Source: Candidatus Methanomethylicaceae archaeon GD_Cm_T35_P0_bin.15 (GTDB taxonomy: Archaea > Thermoproteota > Methanomethylicia > Methanomethylicales > Methanomethylicaceae). From it: a DNA stretch of 64,000 nt. The notes under the pieces are model-generated. The model ran no database searches. It was not told the DNA's origin and saw nothing but the letters and a program-made list of their open reading frames with translations. The DNA lies in contig JAULTD010000001.1 of NCBI GenBank assembly GCA_038801785.1, positions 41,069 through 105,068 on the forward strand, in the 5' to 3' direction. Positions 19,085 through 27,348 of the stretch are shown here, one piece after another. The position numbers were made by a program, and so were the translations under genes. Every line of letters begins with the position of its first letter. The stretch's first letter is position 1.

Positions 19085-19129
19085 GATCTACGCCTCCCTT
19101 AAAGACAACGTCGCCGCCTCTCTATCCAG

Positions 19130-19663
19130 GTGATACGGGTGGAGAAGGCAAGCAACAGCGAATTACAGGCGATAACATTTCAGATCGGCAGAGAGATCTA
19201 TGGCATAGACGTCCACCAGATAAAGGAGATAATGAAGATCAGGGACTATGTGAGGGTGCCCAATGCGCCGCACTTCGTCGAGGGGGTGATCAACTTGAGG
19301 GGACAGATCACCCCCATCGTAGACCTCCGGAAGATCTTTGGTATGGAGCACAAATCTGTCGATGAGAACTCTAGGATAATCATGGTTGAGGTGGGGCCTG
19401 ATGTCGTAGGCCTGATCGTCGACTCTGTTGTCGGCGTCGTTACAGTACCGTCTAGGGAGATAATCAGGGTCCCGTCCCTGACGAAGAGCGTCTCAAACGA
19501 GTTCGTATCGGGCATAATAAGGGTCGATTCCCACCTGATAATAGTGATCGAGGTAAAGAGGCTCTTGGAGGCCAACGGTAATCTGTCCCAGGCGAACTTT
19601 GCTGCCGTTATAGGGCAGGCAAAAATGGCGTTGGAGGCCAATGCCTGCCCATCCCCACCATAA
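19130..19663 (+). CDS. cheW: Chemotaxis coupling protein CheW (with about 35-aa C-terminal tail)
   Basis: CheW-domain pattern FQIGREIYGIDVHQIKEI ... NLRGQITPIVDLRKIFG ... IIVIEVKRLL. GTG start. Confidence 0.9.
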   Translation: MIRVEKASNSELQAITFQIGREIYGIDVHQIKEIMKIRDYVRVPNAPHFVEGVINLRGQITPIVDLRKIFGMEHKSVDENSRIIMVEVGPDVVGLIVDSVVGVVTVPSREIIRVPSLTKSVSNEFVSGIIRVDSHLIIVIEVKRLLEANGNLSQANFAAVIGQAKMALEANACPSPP

Positions 19664-19696
19664 AGGTCCCCGGGGTGGCCGTCAACGTTAGCCCTC

Positions 19697-20101
19697 GTGG
19701 TCGACGACTCAGCTTTTATGCGCAAGATCATAATGCGGGCCCTCACACCGGACTATACATTCATCGAGGCATCAGACGGCGTAGGCGCCCTCGCAGAGTA
19801 CCGTAAATATGCGCCCAACTTGGTCATAATGGACGTGAACATGCCCAATAAGGATGGCATGTGTGCCGCAAGGGAGATCCTGGAGACGGACCCGAGTGCC
19901 AATATCGTCATGCTCACCGCCCTCGGGCAGAAGTGGGCGGAGGAGGAGATGCTGAGGATCGGGGTCAGGGCCTTTGTAACAAAACCCTTCAGGCCGGAGG
20001 AGCTCCGCAAGGTTGCGGCCTACGCTGTAAAGGCACGGCAACAGAACGGCAGGGGCAGACTCTCGGTTGAGGTCGGCCCAAATTCTGTTGAAAGGACCTG
20101 A
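19697..20101 (+). CDS. cheY: Chemotaxis response regulator CheY (annotated start truncates strand beta1; see findings)
   Basis: Receiver domain with VDDSAFMRK, phospho-acceptor MDVNMP, MLTALG and TKPF. The only in-frame start is GTG 19697. Confidence 0.85.
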   Translation: MVDDSAFMRKIIMRALTPDYTFIEASDGVGALAEYRKYAPNLVIMDVNMPNKDGMCAAREILETDPSANIVMLTALGQKWAEEEMLRIGVRAFVTKPFRPEELRKVAAYAVKARQQNGRGRLSVEVGPNSVERT

Positions 20102-20120
20102 TCCGAGCGGGGTGCCGCCA

Positions 20121-20690
20121 ATGGGCAGGGCAAGCACGGATCGCACAAATCCGTTCGTCCATGAAGGGATTGGTAAGCTAGGGCCTGTCCCGTTCAATAA
20201 AGTTGCACGAACGTTATCGGCCTTCCTCGGCAGGCGGCTTGAGATCGGCGAATTCAAGTCTGTCGTCCTAGACGGGACAGATCTTGCGACTGCCCTCGGG
20301 CTAGACCGGGACGCTTACTATTTTGGGGCTTTCTCGAAGCTGCACAGTGGCATTGACGCTTACGTTCTGATACTGATGCCTCCCGACCAGATAACCGGTC
20401 TTCTGTTCTCGCTGACAGGTCGTGCCAGCAGGATACTCGATGATTACCAAGGGTCTGCACTCCAAGAGTTTGCAAACATGATACTTGGATCTCTCTCATC
20501 GGCGATGGCTAACGAATTCGGCATTAGGATCGAGTATTCGATTCCGACTATGGCAATAGATTCCCTGCAGGCCATCTCCGATGCGTTACTCGCCCGCCTA
20601 TCCGAGCTCGGGCGGGTGGCTTACATGGAGGGCGGGATCAGGTCGGATCCGCCCCTAGATATCCGCATCATGTTCTTCTTCTCAGCGTAA
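20121..20690 (+). CDS. cheC: CheC-family CheY-P phosphatase
   Basis: SALQEFANMILGSLSSAMANEFGIRIEYSIP fits the CheC/FliY/CheX consensus [DS]-x3-E-x2-N-x22-P exactly. ATG at 20121 is chosen over the overlapping upstream TTG. Confidence 0.8.
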   Translation: MGRASTDRTNPFVHEGIGKLGPVPFNKVARTLSAFLGRRLEIGEFKSVVLDGTDLATALGLDRDAYYFGAFSKLHSGIDAYVLILMPPDQITGLLFSLTGRASRILDDYQGSALQEFANMILGSLSSAMANEFGIRIEYSIPTMAIDSLQAISDALLARLSELGRVAYMEGGIRSDPPLDIRIMFFFSA

Positions 20691-20701
20691 AGTGACAGTC
20701 C

Positions 20702-21250
20702 ATGAGCCCGCCACCAATCAGCCCTGACAGCCGGTGTGCACTGCACCTCAAGGTTGTGAAGCGGCTGGATGGCTATGCCACTAGAAGCGTGAGCGTCGGC
20801 ATGGGCGAGTACCTGACAGCGACCAACCCTCACATCCTGAGCACGTGGTCCCTCGGATCGTGCATCGCGATAATACTATACGACCGGGGGAGGAGGGTGG
20901 GCGGGCTTGCACACTCGATGCTGCCGCGTTCACAGGGGAGGGCCTCATCCCCTGGAAAGTATGTGGATACCGCGATATGCGGGCTGCTCCGAGATATGAT
21001 GAGGCTTGATGCCAGGAGGGAACACCTTAGATCTGCGCTAATCGGCGGGGCGAGCATATTCAATTTTGAGGGAGATCTGGCCATAGGCCAAAAGAACATA
21101 GAGGCTGCGAGGGAGGCCCTAAGGGAGAGCAGGATACCGATCGAGTTTGAAGAGACGGGGGGCAACCGCGGGAGGAGTGTTGCGTTCGACACTGTCAGCG
21201 GGGAGGTGGCGGTCTCCATCTCAAAACCGCCGATCATATTCAAGGTGTGA
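20702..21250 (+). CDS. cheD: Chemoreceptor glutamine deamidase CheD
   Basis: TWSLGSCIAIILYD (catalytic Cys region), GLAHSMLP, and the typical size of about 180 aa. Confidence 0.9.
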   Translation: MSPPPISPDSRCALHLKVVKRLDGYATRSVSVGMGEYLTATNPHILSTWSLGSCIAIILYDRGRRVGGLAHSMLPRSQGRASSPGKYVDTAICGLLRDMMRLDARREHLRSALIGGASIFNFEGDLAIGQKNIEAAREALRESRIPIEFEETGGNRGRSVAFDTVSGEVAVSISKPPIIFKV

Positions 21251-21263
21251 TTGGGGGGATCCC

Positions 21264-22160
21264 ATGGATCAGCGTAATTTCGGGGCGGGTGCCATAGGCT
21301 CGTCTCAGGAGGGGACGGGCGGAATCTCAGATGAGGATCTCGACGAAGTCTTTGTCGTCCTCCGGGAACAGAACGCTAAGGCAGATATAACATGCTACAA
21401 GCCAGTCTTTCTCAGGCGGCGGATACTTGCCAGGATGATAGCCACCAAGACAAAGATGCCCTCGCAATACATCAAGCTGCTGAGAGGGGATCCTGCAGAG
21501 GTGCGAAACCTCATGGATGCGCTCTCGATAAATGTCTCAGAGTTCTTTAGAGATGCTTATGTCTGGAGCAGGGTCGGGACCATACTCTCCAGGCTCGTGG
21601 CGGAGAAGGCGGCCCGGGGCAGCAGGAGCATCAGGATCTGGAGCGCCGGGTGTTCCTGTGGCGAAGAACCATACTCGATCGCCATCCTACTGAAGGAGGC
21701 CCTGGACAAGAACGGCGCGCATGAATTTGTGGCGAGCATCTATGCCACCGATATAGACAGGGACGCCCTGGATAGGGGGGCGGCAGGCGTATACCCCCGG
21801 CAATCGCTGAAGAACCTCCCGGAGAGCGGGCTGCGGTACTTCACCAACAATGGCGAACACTACAGCGTGAGCGATGTTATAAAGAGATATGTGAAGTTCA
21901 GGCAGAGCAACGTAGTGAATGACCCTCCCCTGCTCTACTGCGATATGATCTTCTGCCGGAATCTCATGATCTACCTCTCTCAGGAGAGCCAGAAAGAGCT
22001 GATCAGCAAGTTCTGGCTGGCGCTGAACAGCGGCGGATACCTCGTACTGGGACTTAGTGAGGTTCTTGGCGACGATGAGCTTAGCAGCTTTACGGCATAC
22101 GATGTGAAGGCCCGGATCTATAGAAAAGCAGAGACCTTGCGTCCTCGGCGCCATTGCTAG
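21264..22160 (+). CDS. cheR: Chemotaxis protein methyltransferase CheR
   Basis: CheR N-terminal helical domain (YKPVFLRRRILARM), TEFFRD-like SEFFRDAY and SAM-binding IWSAGCSCGEEPYS. ATG at 21264. Confidence 0.9.
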   Translation: MDQRNFGAGAIGSSQEGTGGISDEDLDEVFVVLREQNAKADITCYKPVFLRRRILARMIATKTKMPSQYIKLLRGDPAEVRNLMDALSINVSEFFRDAYVWSRVGTILSRLVAEKAARGSRSIRIWSAGCSCGEEPYSIAILLKEALDKNGAHEFVASIYATDIDRDALDRGAAGVYPRQSLKNLPESGLRYFTNNGEHYSVSDVIKRYVKFRQSNVVNDPPLLYCDMIFCRNLMIYLSQESQKELISKFWLALNSGGYLVLGLSEVLGDDELSSFTAYDVKARIYRKAETLRPRRHC

Positions 22161-22161
22161 C

Positions 22162-22180
22162 AGATCGCCGGTTGGTCGCC
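22162..22180 (+). promoter_or_regulatory. Copy 2 of the 19-nt intergenic motif AGATCGCCGGYTGGTCGCC
   Basis: agatcgccggttggtcgcc starts 2 nt after the cheR stop, upstream of a TATA-like cttttaacaaaata and the MCP start. Confidence 0.35.
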
Positions 22181-22233
22181 TTCAGGCTATTCACTTTTAA
22201 CAAAATACATCAAAGTCTTTTGAGGTAGTGGGT

Positions 22234-23199
22234 ATGTTCGGCAGGAAGAACGACAATTCGAATGCTGTTGTTATTGCATCGCAACAACCGCCCCCGCGGA
22301 ACCAGGAGAAGACCCGAAGCCTCATCGAGCTACTTGAGAAGACGCAGGCTTACAGCTCAACAGTCAACTCGTCGATGCATCAGATCTCGCAGGCAGTCCA
22401 GCAGATCTCCAAGGGTGCGCAAACAACTTCGGTGGCAATCCAGAACATACTTGAGCAGATCGAGAGGTCCGAGGAGATCATAAAGGGCGTGATGAAGTCC
22501 AGGACCGAAGCGACTGAGAACGCCAAGCAGGGCAAAGTCCTCTCGGAGGAGACACTCGTCAACGCTCAGAAGTCAATGGACACAGTGATCGAGATCAAGA
22601 CCGTCCTTGAGACGTTGCTGCCATCGCTGAAATACCTCGATGACGCGAGCAAACAGATCGGCAATGTCATAGACACCATAAAAGATGTGGCCGACCAGAC
22701 ATCACTGCTTGCCCTAAATGCCTCCATAGAGGCAGCACGCGCAGGAGAGGCAGGAAGGGGGTTCGCGGTCGTGGCGGGGGAGATACGGAAGCTTGCAGAA
22801 GAGACCAGAAAGTCGGTCGGTGCGACACAGGAGCTAATCACAAAAGTCCAAGAGGCGGCAACCAAGACGCTCAACGGGGTCAATGCGCTCGGCAGCAGGA
22901 TCGAGTCAAGCGGCGAGACCCTCCTGAGGGGGATCGACTCCCTCAAGAAACTGTCAGAGTTCACCGTAAAGCAGTCCGAGGGAATAACCCAGAGGGCGGG
23001 CTCGGTGCAGACCAGCATGGACCTGATAACATCGCTGAAGGGACCTGTGGGCGATGTGGCCTCCGCTGCCGAGGAGAACGCTTCTGCCTCACAAGAGATC
23101 ACCAGCTCCATCGAAGAGGCAACTTCTGCAATGGAGCCCAACATTGCGCTTATCGCAGATTCCCTCAAGATTGCCAGAGAGATTGCTGGGAACGAATAG
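22234..23199 (+). CDS. Soluble methyl-accepting chemotaxis protein (signalling domain only, no TM or HAMP seen)
   Basis: Highly conserved MCP hairpin tip [38 protein letters not shown]. No hydrophobic segments. Confidence 0.9.
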   Translation: MFGRKNDNSNAVVIASQQPPPRNQEKTRSLIELLEKTQAYSSTVNSSMHQISQAVQQISKGAQTTSVAIQNILEQIERSEEIIKGVMKSRTEATENAKQGKVLSEETLVNAQKSMDTVIEIKTVLETLLPSLKYLDDASKQIGNVIDTIKDVADQTSLLALNASIEAARAGEAGRGFAVVAGEIRKLAEETRKSVGATQELITKVQEAATKTLNGVNALGSRIESSGETLLRGIDSLKKLSEFTVKQSEGITQRAGSVQTSMDLITSLKGPVGDVASAAEENASASQEITSSIEEATSAMEPNIALIADSLKIAREIAGNE

Positions 23200-23212
23200 C
23201 TGACGGCCACAG

Positions 23213-23956
23213 GTGAAGGTGATGATAAGGAGCGAGGACATAAGCACATCAGTATTCGGGATGATGATCGCAGTCCTCGCCTTCCTCATCGTCTTCCTTT
23301 TTTCCAACCACTTCAGACCACCCATCCCCTCTTACTATGTGCCAGCGGGTCGTCTCGTGATGCTCTCCGTGGCTGCACTCTTCATGCTGATCTCTAGGTA
23401 TTCACTCTTCAGGAACTACAAGCATGACATGCTGTTCCTGACTGTATTCGGCCTTCTCTCTGCTTCTCTCTTTGTCGTCCCTTCAACTTCCCCCGCCGGC
23501 AGCCTGATCAATATACTCATCCTAGCCCCCTTCGTGGAGGAGTTCTTCTTTAGGGGATTCATGATAGGGCTCGTCTACGATTCCGCCTTCCACGAGCGCG
23601 ACCAGAAGGTGAAGGTATGCTCTGCTGTGACTACCATAATCGTCTCCTTGGGAGGGTTCATGGTAATGCACCCGCTCAACGAGTACCTCTTCTCATTCGT
23701 CTACGGTTTCTACTTCACGACGATATTCCTGGCATACCGTTCGCTCCGGGACTCGCCCGTATCCAAGTATGCTGTGCTGATACCCGTGCTTCCGCACCTG
23801 ATGAACAACTTTATAGTTTACAGCCTGAACCTGCCGTCCAACATCGGGCAAGCAATCACCATCGGCACTATAACGCTGATACTGGTCGTCTGGAGCATAA
23901 TGATATACAACCGGGTGACCTACAAGCTCAGAGCCCGATTTCTGGAGGAGCTTTAA
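23213..23956 (+). CDS. CPBP-family (CAAX/Abi-like) intramembrane metalloprotease
   Basis: Polytopic protein with an ILAPFVEEFFFRGF (EExxxR) motif and later His residues in TM helices (MVMHPLNE, LPHLMNN). Confidence 0.75.
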   Translation: MKVMIRSEDISTSVFGMMIAVLAFLIVFLFSNHFRPPIPSYYVPAGRLVMLSVAALFMLISRYSLFRNYKHDMLFLTVFGLLSASLFVVPSTSPAGSLINILILAPFVEEFFFRGFMIGLVYDSAFHERDQKVKVCSAVTTIIVSLGGFMVMHPLNEYLFSFVYGFYFTTIFLAYRSLRDSPVSKYAVLIPVLPHLMNNFIVYSLNLPSNIGQAITIGTITLILVVWSIMIYNRVTYKLRARFLEEL

Positions 23957-24002
23957 CGCCAGCGGGAGCTGGGACTCTGACGCGCTCCTGCCATAGGGAG
24001 GT

Positions 24003-24089
24003 CGATTATCGATCATCGATTATCGATCATCGATCGGGGGATCAAGGATCAGGGCTGCGCGTGATCATACCAACAGCGATCATACCAAC
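24003..24089. repeat. Two short tandem/direct repeats in the convergent CPBP/cheA intergenic region
   Basis: cgattatcgatcat x2 (24003-24030) plus a partial third copy. gatcataccaac x2 (24063-24074 and 24078-24089). Confidence 0.8.
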
Positions 24090-26179
24090 GTCATTACGTC
24101 CAGTATGAAAGTCGGTTTCCCGTCCCCGAGTATTGACGAGCCCAGCAGCCCTCTCACGCCCCTGATGATCCGCGGGACGGGCTTCATCGCGACCTCATCT
24201 TCATCGATCACCCGGGTGACGAGCAGACCGTAAGTCGCACCGTCTGCCCTCTTCACAATGATCGCCATATAGCTGCCCTTCTCCTCGTCCTCAATCCCCA
24301 AGAGGGCAGCCAGGCGGTACGCCCGCATAACCTGGTTCCTGATCACTATGAAAGGCTCGCCCTGGACATACCTGAGATCCTTGCTGGAGACCTCCTCTAT
24401 CGCCAGGACGTCGGAGATGGGGATAGCGTAAGCATGGTCTTTGACCTCTACGACGAGTATCTTCATGGTCGCCATTGAGGCCGGGAGGCGCATCGCGACC
24501 CTTGTGCCGGTCCCGACTTGGGACGAGATCGTGATCGTCCCGCCAAGTGCCTCGATCTTGCTCTTGACAGCACTCATCCCTACCCCGCGGCCTGATACCT
24601 CCGAGACCTGCCGCTTTGTAGAGAACCCGGGTATGCAGATCAGCATCATCGCCTCCTCGTCGGACATGGACTCTGCTTTCTTCCTGTTTATGAGGCCCCG
24701 CTCAACTGCGGTATCGCGCACGACACGCGGGTCGATCCCCTGCCCATCGTCCTCTATCTCGAGAATGAAATGTCCTGCGTCCCTCTTGGCATTAACCTTG
24801 ATCGTGCCTACAGGGCCCTTGCCAACAGCTGCCCTGGCCTCCGGCGTCTCGATCCCGTGGTCCACCGAGTTGCGGATGATGTGGACCACCGGGTCCATTA
24901 TCTCTTCCAGGATCTTTCTATCGACTGCGGTATTCCCTCCCTCGATGATGAGGTCGATATCTTTTCCCGCAGCCTTTGCCATGTCCCTGACCATCCTTGG
25001 GAAGACCCCCAAGACCTGATCGATTGGCATCAGACGGATCGTCATTACCTCGGACTGGAGGTCGGTGACTACGCCGTCCATGAAGCGCTGAATCTCCTTT
25101 AATTCGTTTATCTCATGCGTCTTTACTATATTATTGAGGCGGGACTTTGCCAAGACCATCTCGCCGGCGAGGTTGAACAGTTTGTCGAGGCTTGAGATAT
25201 TTACTTTGATGCCTTCCAGTTTGTGTCTTCCGCGCACCTTGTCCTCGATCATGGTAGCCGCGGTCTCTTCTCCGATGGTGTCCTCCATCGTGCACAGCAG
25301 CTTTTCTATCTTGGATGCACGATCTCCTGCCGAGAGCGCCCCCACGACCTTATCGCCGTCGGCACCTCCAACCTGATTGACCTCAATCTCCTGTACATCG
25401 ACGGCCTGTATGCCGGCCAGTTGGGCGAGGCTCTCCTTCAGCTTGGCGATGTCCTGCGTTATGATCACCGCTGAGACCTTATCGCCAAAGTCTCCCCCTA
25501 CCAACTGATCGTTCGGAGGATCGGTACTTATCAGATCGCCGTTCTCGGCGAGCACCTTCATGAGAGAGAAGATGCGCATGGTCTTCAGGGCAGGCTCAAA
25601 ATCCAGCCTCATGTCCACCCTATAGCCAATCCTGCCACCGCTCTGGAGGGGCGCTGGCCTGCAGTGGCATTTTGCGGCACCAGCTGCACTGGCGGCATCG
25701 GAGGGGGGGTGTGCCCCGAAACGCCCACCCTCAGCGTTCTCGCCCGGAGGGGCTGCTCCGGCCCCCCCTGTGGCCCCCGCAGTATCTTTGTTGCCGTCAG
25801 CTTCCGCCCGTCCGCGGTCGTCACCCCCCGGCTCCTTATCAGAGGCCTTGCTCCCGCCCCCCGCAAAGGCCTCCACCATGGCCTCTATCGCGTCCACGTA
25901 TCCCAGCATCCTGTCTATGACGCCAGTGGTGCAATCCTCCTTCCCGTCCCGAAGAGCGGACAGCAGATCCTCGGCTTCATGGGCAGTATCGGCAATTTTC
26001 TTGAGGCCCATTATGGCCGAGTCGCCCTTTATGGAGTGCATCGCCCTGAAAGCCTCGATGATGGCCCCCTTGTCAGAGGGGTTCTTCTCGAGATGCATGA
26101 CCAGGTCATTCAGGCTCTTGATGTGCTCCCTTACCTCGTTAAGATAAACCTCCCGATAGTACCGCTCATCTTGGGTCAA
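24080..26179 (-). CDS. cheA: Chemotaxis histidine kinase CheA
   Basis: Hpt AFRAMHSIKGDSA. Long P/A/G linker. HATPase motifs HIIRNSVDHGIE, DDGQGID and GRGVGMSAV. C-terminal CheW-like domain. Confidence 0.95.
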   Translation of the reverse strand: MTQDERYYREVYLNEVREHIKSLNDLVMHLEKNPSDKGAIIEAFRAMHSIKGDSAIMGLKKIADTAHEAEDLLSALRDGKEDCTTGVIDRMLGYVDAIEAMVEAFAGGGSKASDKEPGGDDRGRAEADGNKDTAGATGGAGAAPPGENAEGGRFGAHPPSDAASAAGAAKCHCRPAPLQSGGRIGYRVDMRLDFEPALKTMRIFSLMKVLAENGDLISTDPPNDQLVGGDFGDKVSAVIITQDIAKLKESLAQLAGIQAVDVQEIEVNQVGGADGDKVVGALSAGDRASKIEKLLCTMEDTIGEETAATMIEDKVRGRHKLEGIKVNISSLDKLFNLAGEMVLAKSRLNNIVKTHEINELKEIQRFMDGVVTDLQSEVMTIRLMPIDQVLGVFPRMVRDMAKAAGKDIDLIIEGGNTAVDRKILEEIMDPVVHIIRNSVDHGIETPEARAAVGKGPVGTIKVNAKRDAGHFILEIEDDGQGIDPRVVRDTAVERGLINRKKAESMSDEEAMMLICIPGFSTKRQVSEVSGRGVGMSAVKSKIEALGGTITISSQVGTGTRVAMRLPASMATMKILVVEVKDHAYAIPISDVLAIEEVSSKDLRYVQGEPFIVIRNQVMRAYRLAALLGIEDEEKGSYMAIIVKRADGATYGLLVTRVIDEDEVAMKPVPRIIRGVRGLLGSSILGDGKPTFILDVMTLV

Positions 26180-26199
26180 GGATCTCTACCCGTCTGCCC

Positions 26200-27006
26200 C
26201 TACGGGGCTGGTTTTGTGTTGGATAGGTCGATAACCGCCTCTTGTGTCTCTGTCAGCTCCAAGATCCTCTTCGCGATCTTCAGAAGCTGGGACGAATATG
26301 GATGCTGCGGGTGGAATAGGCAGAAGACCCCCCTGCTCCTATGCGACAGGATCTCATTGTAGAAGGGCAGTACGCCTATCACTGAGGAGTCGATTATCTT
26401 GGAGACCTCAGAGGGAAGATCGGGCGCCTCTGCGAGGTTGGGCGGAACCATGTTGAGTATGACGTAGCTCAGCCGCCCAAACTTCTTCAGTATCTGGCTG
26501 GTTATGTAGGTCCCAGTCAGATCCTGTTTATCCATCCTCATCATCAACAGGCTGACGTCGCTCGACATAATCGCTAGGAGGGTATCCTCGTTGAGGCCGG
26601 GATGCGTATCGAAGATCACGTAATCCACGTTATAATCCCGGTAGAGGGTCTCCGCGACATGGCGGAAGAACTTCTCGCTATACCCTTCCCGAATCACTTT
26701 GACTATCTCCTCTGGCTTCATGCTTGAGCCGAGGAAGTAGAGTGCGCCCCTCGGGAGCTTCAGATGCCCCGTTATGTCAATCATGGTGTCCTGGAAGGAG
26801 CATCGGTTGTAGATATAATCGTTCAGCGTGTGCTTCATATTCTGCGTGGAGACGTTATACACCACATGGAGCCCGGGCGAGGTTATGTCCATGTCTATCG
26901 TCGCTACCCTCTTCCCCAAGGCTGCCAGGAGGACAGAGAGGTTCGCTGTAGTGGTGCTCTTCCCTGTCCCTCCCCTATAAGAGTGGACTACGCAGGCCAC
27001 TGGCAA
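26200..27006 (-). CDS. MinD/ParA-family P-loop ATPase encoded immediately upstream of cheA
   Basis: Deviant Walker A SYRGGTGKSTTTANL (Arg where the signature Lys is expected), IDMD, Walker B VIFDTHPG. A 20-nt gap separates it from cheA on the same strand. Confidence 0.8.
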   Translation of the reverse strand: MPVACVVHSYRGGTGKSTTTANLSVLLAALGKRVATIDMDITSPGLHVVYNVSTQNMKHTLNDYIYNRCSFQDTMIDITGHLKLPRGALYFLGSSMKPEEIVKVIREGYSEKFFRHVAETLYRDYNVDYVIFDTHPGLNEDTLLAIMSSDVSLLMMRMDKQDLTGTYITSQILKKFGRLSYVILNMVPPNLAEAPDLPSEVSKIIDSSVIGVLPFYNEILSHRSRGVFCLFHPQHPYSSQLLKIAKRILELTETQEAVIDLSNTKPAP

Positions 27007-27028
27007 TTCTCTCTCCCCCTGCCGACGG

Positions 27029-27271
27029 TCAGATATCCAGCCTCCGTTCTATCCGAGAGACGCGGCTCTCGAGATTATCAAGCCGGCTCATCAGGGCATC
27101 GAGCCTGTCCTCGAAGCGCGAGATTACGCTCTCGACCTGCGCAGTATCGGTCTGGACGTCTGAGAGCATCGTCCGGAGCTTCAGGCGCATCTGCGAATCT
27201 TCGCCATCGTTCGGGTTGTAATAAGTTCTGTTGCCGCACATTGACCATCGCCGCTCTAGATCAGTCAGCAT
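27029..27271 (-). CDS. Small coiled-coil protein (80 aa), first gene of the minD-like/cheA operon
   Basis: Heptad-like LRTMLSDVQTDTAQVESVISRFEDRLDALMSRLDNLESRVSRIERRL. A 22-nt gap precedes the MinD-like gene. Confidence 0.5.
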   Translation of the reverse strand: MLTDLERRWSMCGNRTYYNPNDGEDSQMRLKLRTMLSDVQTDTAQVESVISRFEDRLDALMSRLDNLESRVSRIERRLDI

Positions 27272-27348
27272 TCTCTTTAAGGGAGAGTCTCTCTGGCGAC
27301 TGGCATTCGACCTGAGGGGGCCGCGGCGGTACTTGTCGATCGCCGACT

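Noticed and set aside
22566-23249. 227-aa ORF antisense to the MCP gene
   Set aside because: It is a shadow ORF of an alanine/glutamate-rich coiled-coil gene. The sense strand carries the unmistakable MCP signature.
25664-26362. 232-aa plus-strand ORF (and several 80-125-aa ORFs) overlapping cheA and the minD-like gene
   Set aside because: They are Pro/Arg/Gly-rich translations with no motifs, lying antisense or in alternative frames of well-supported genes.
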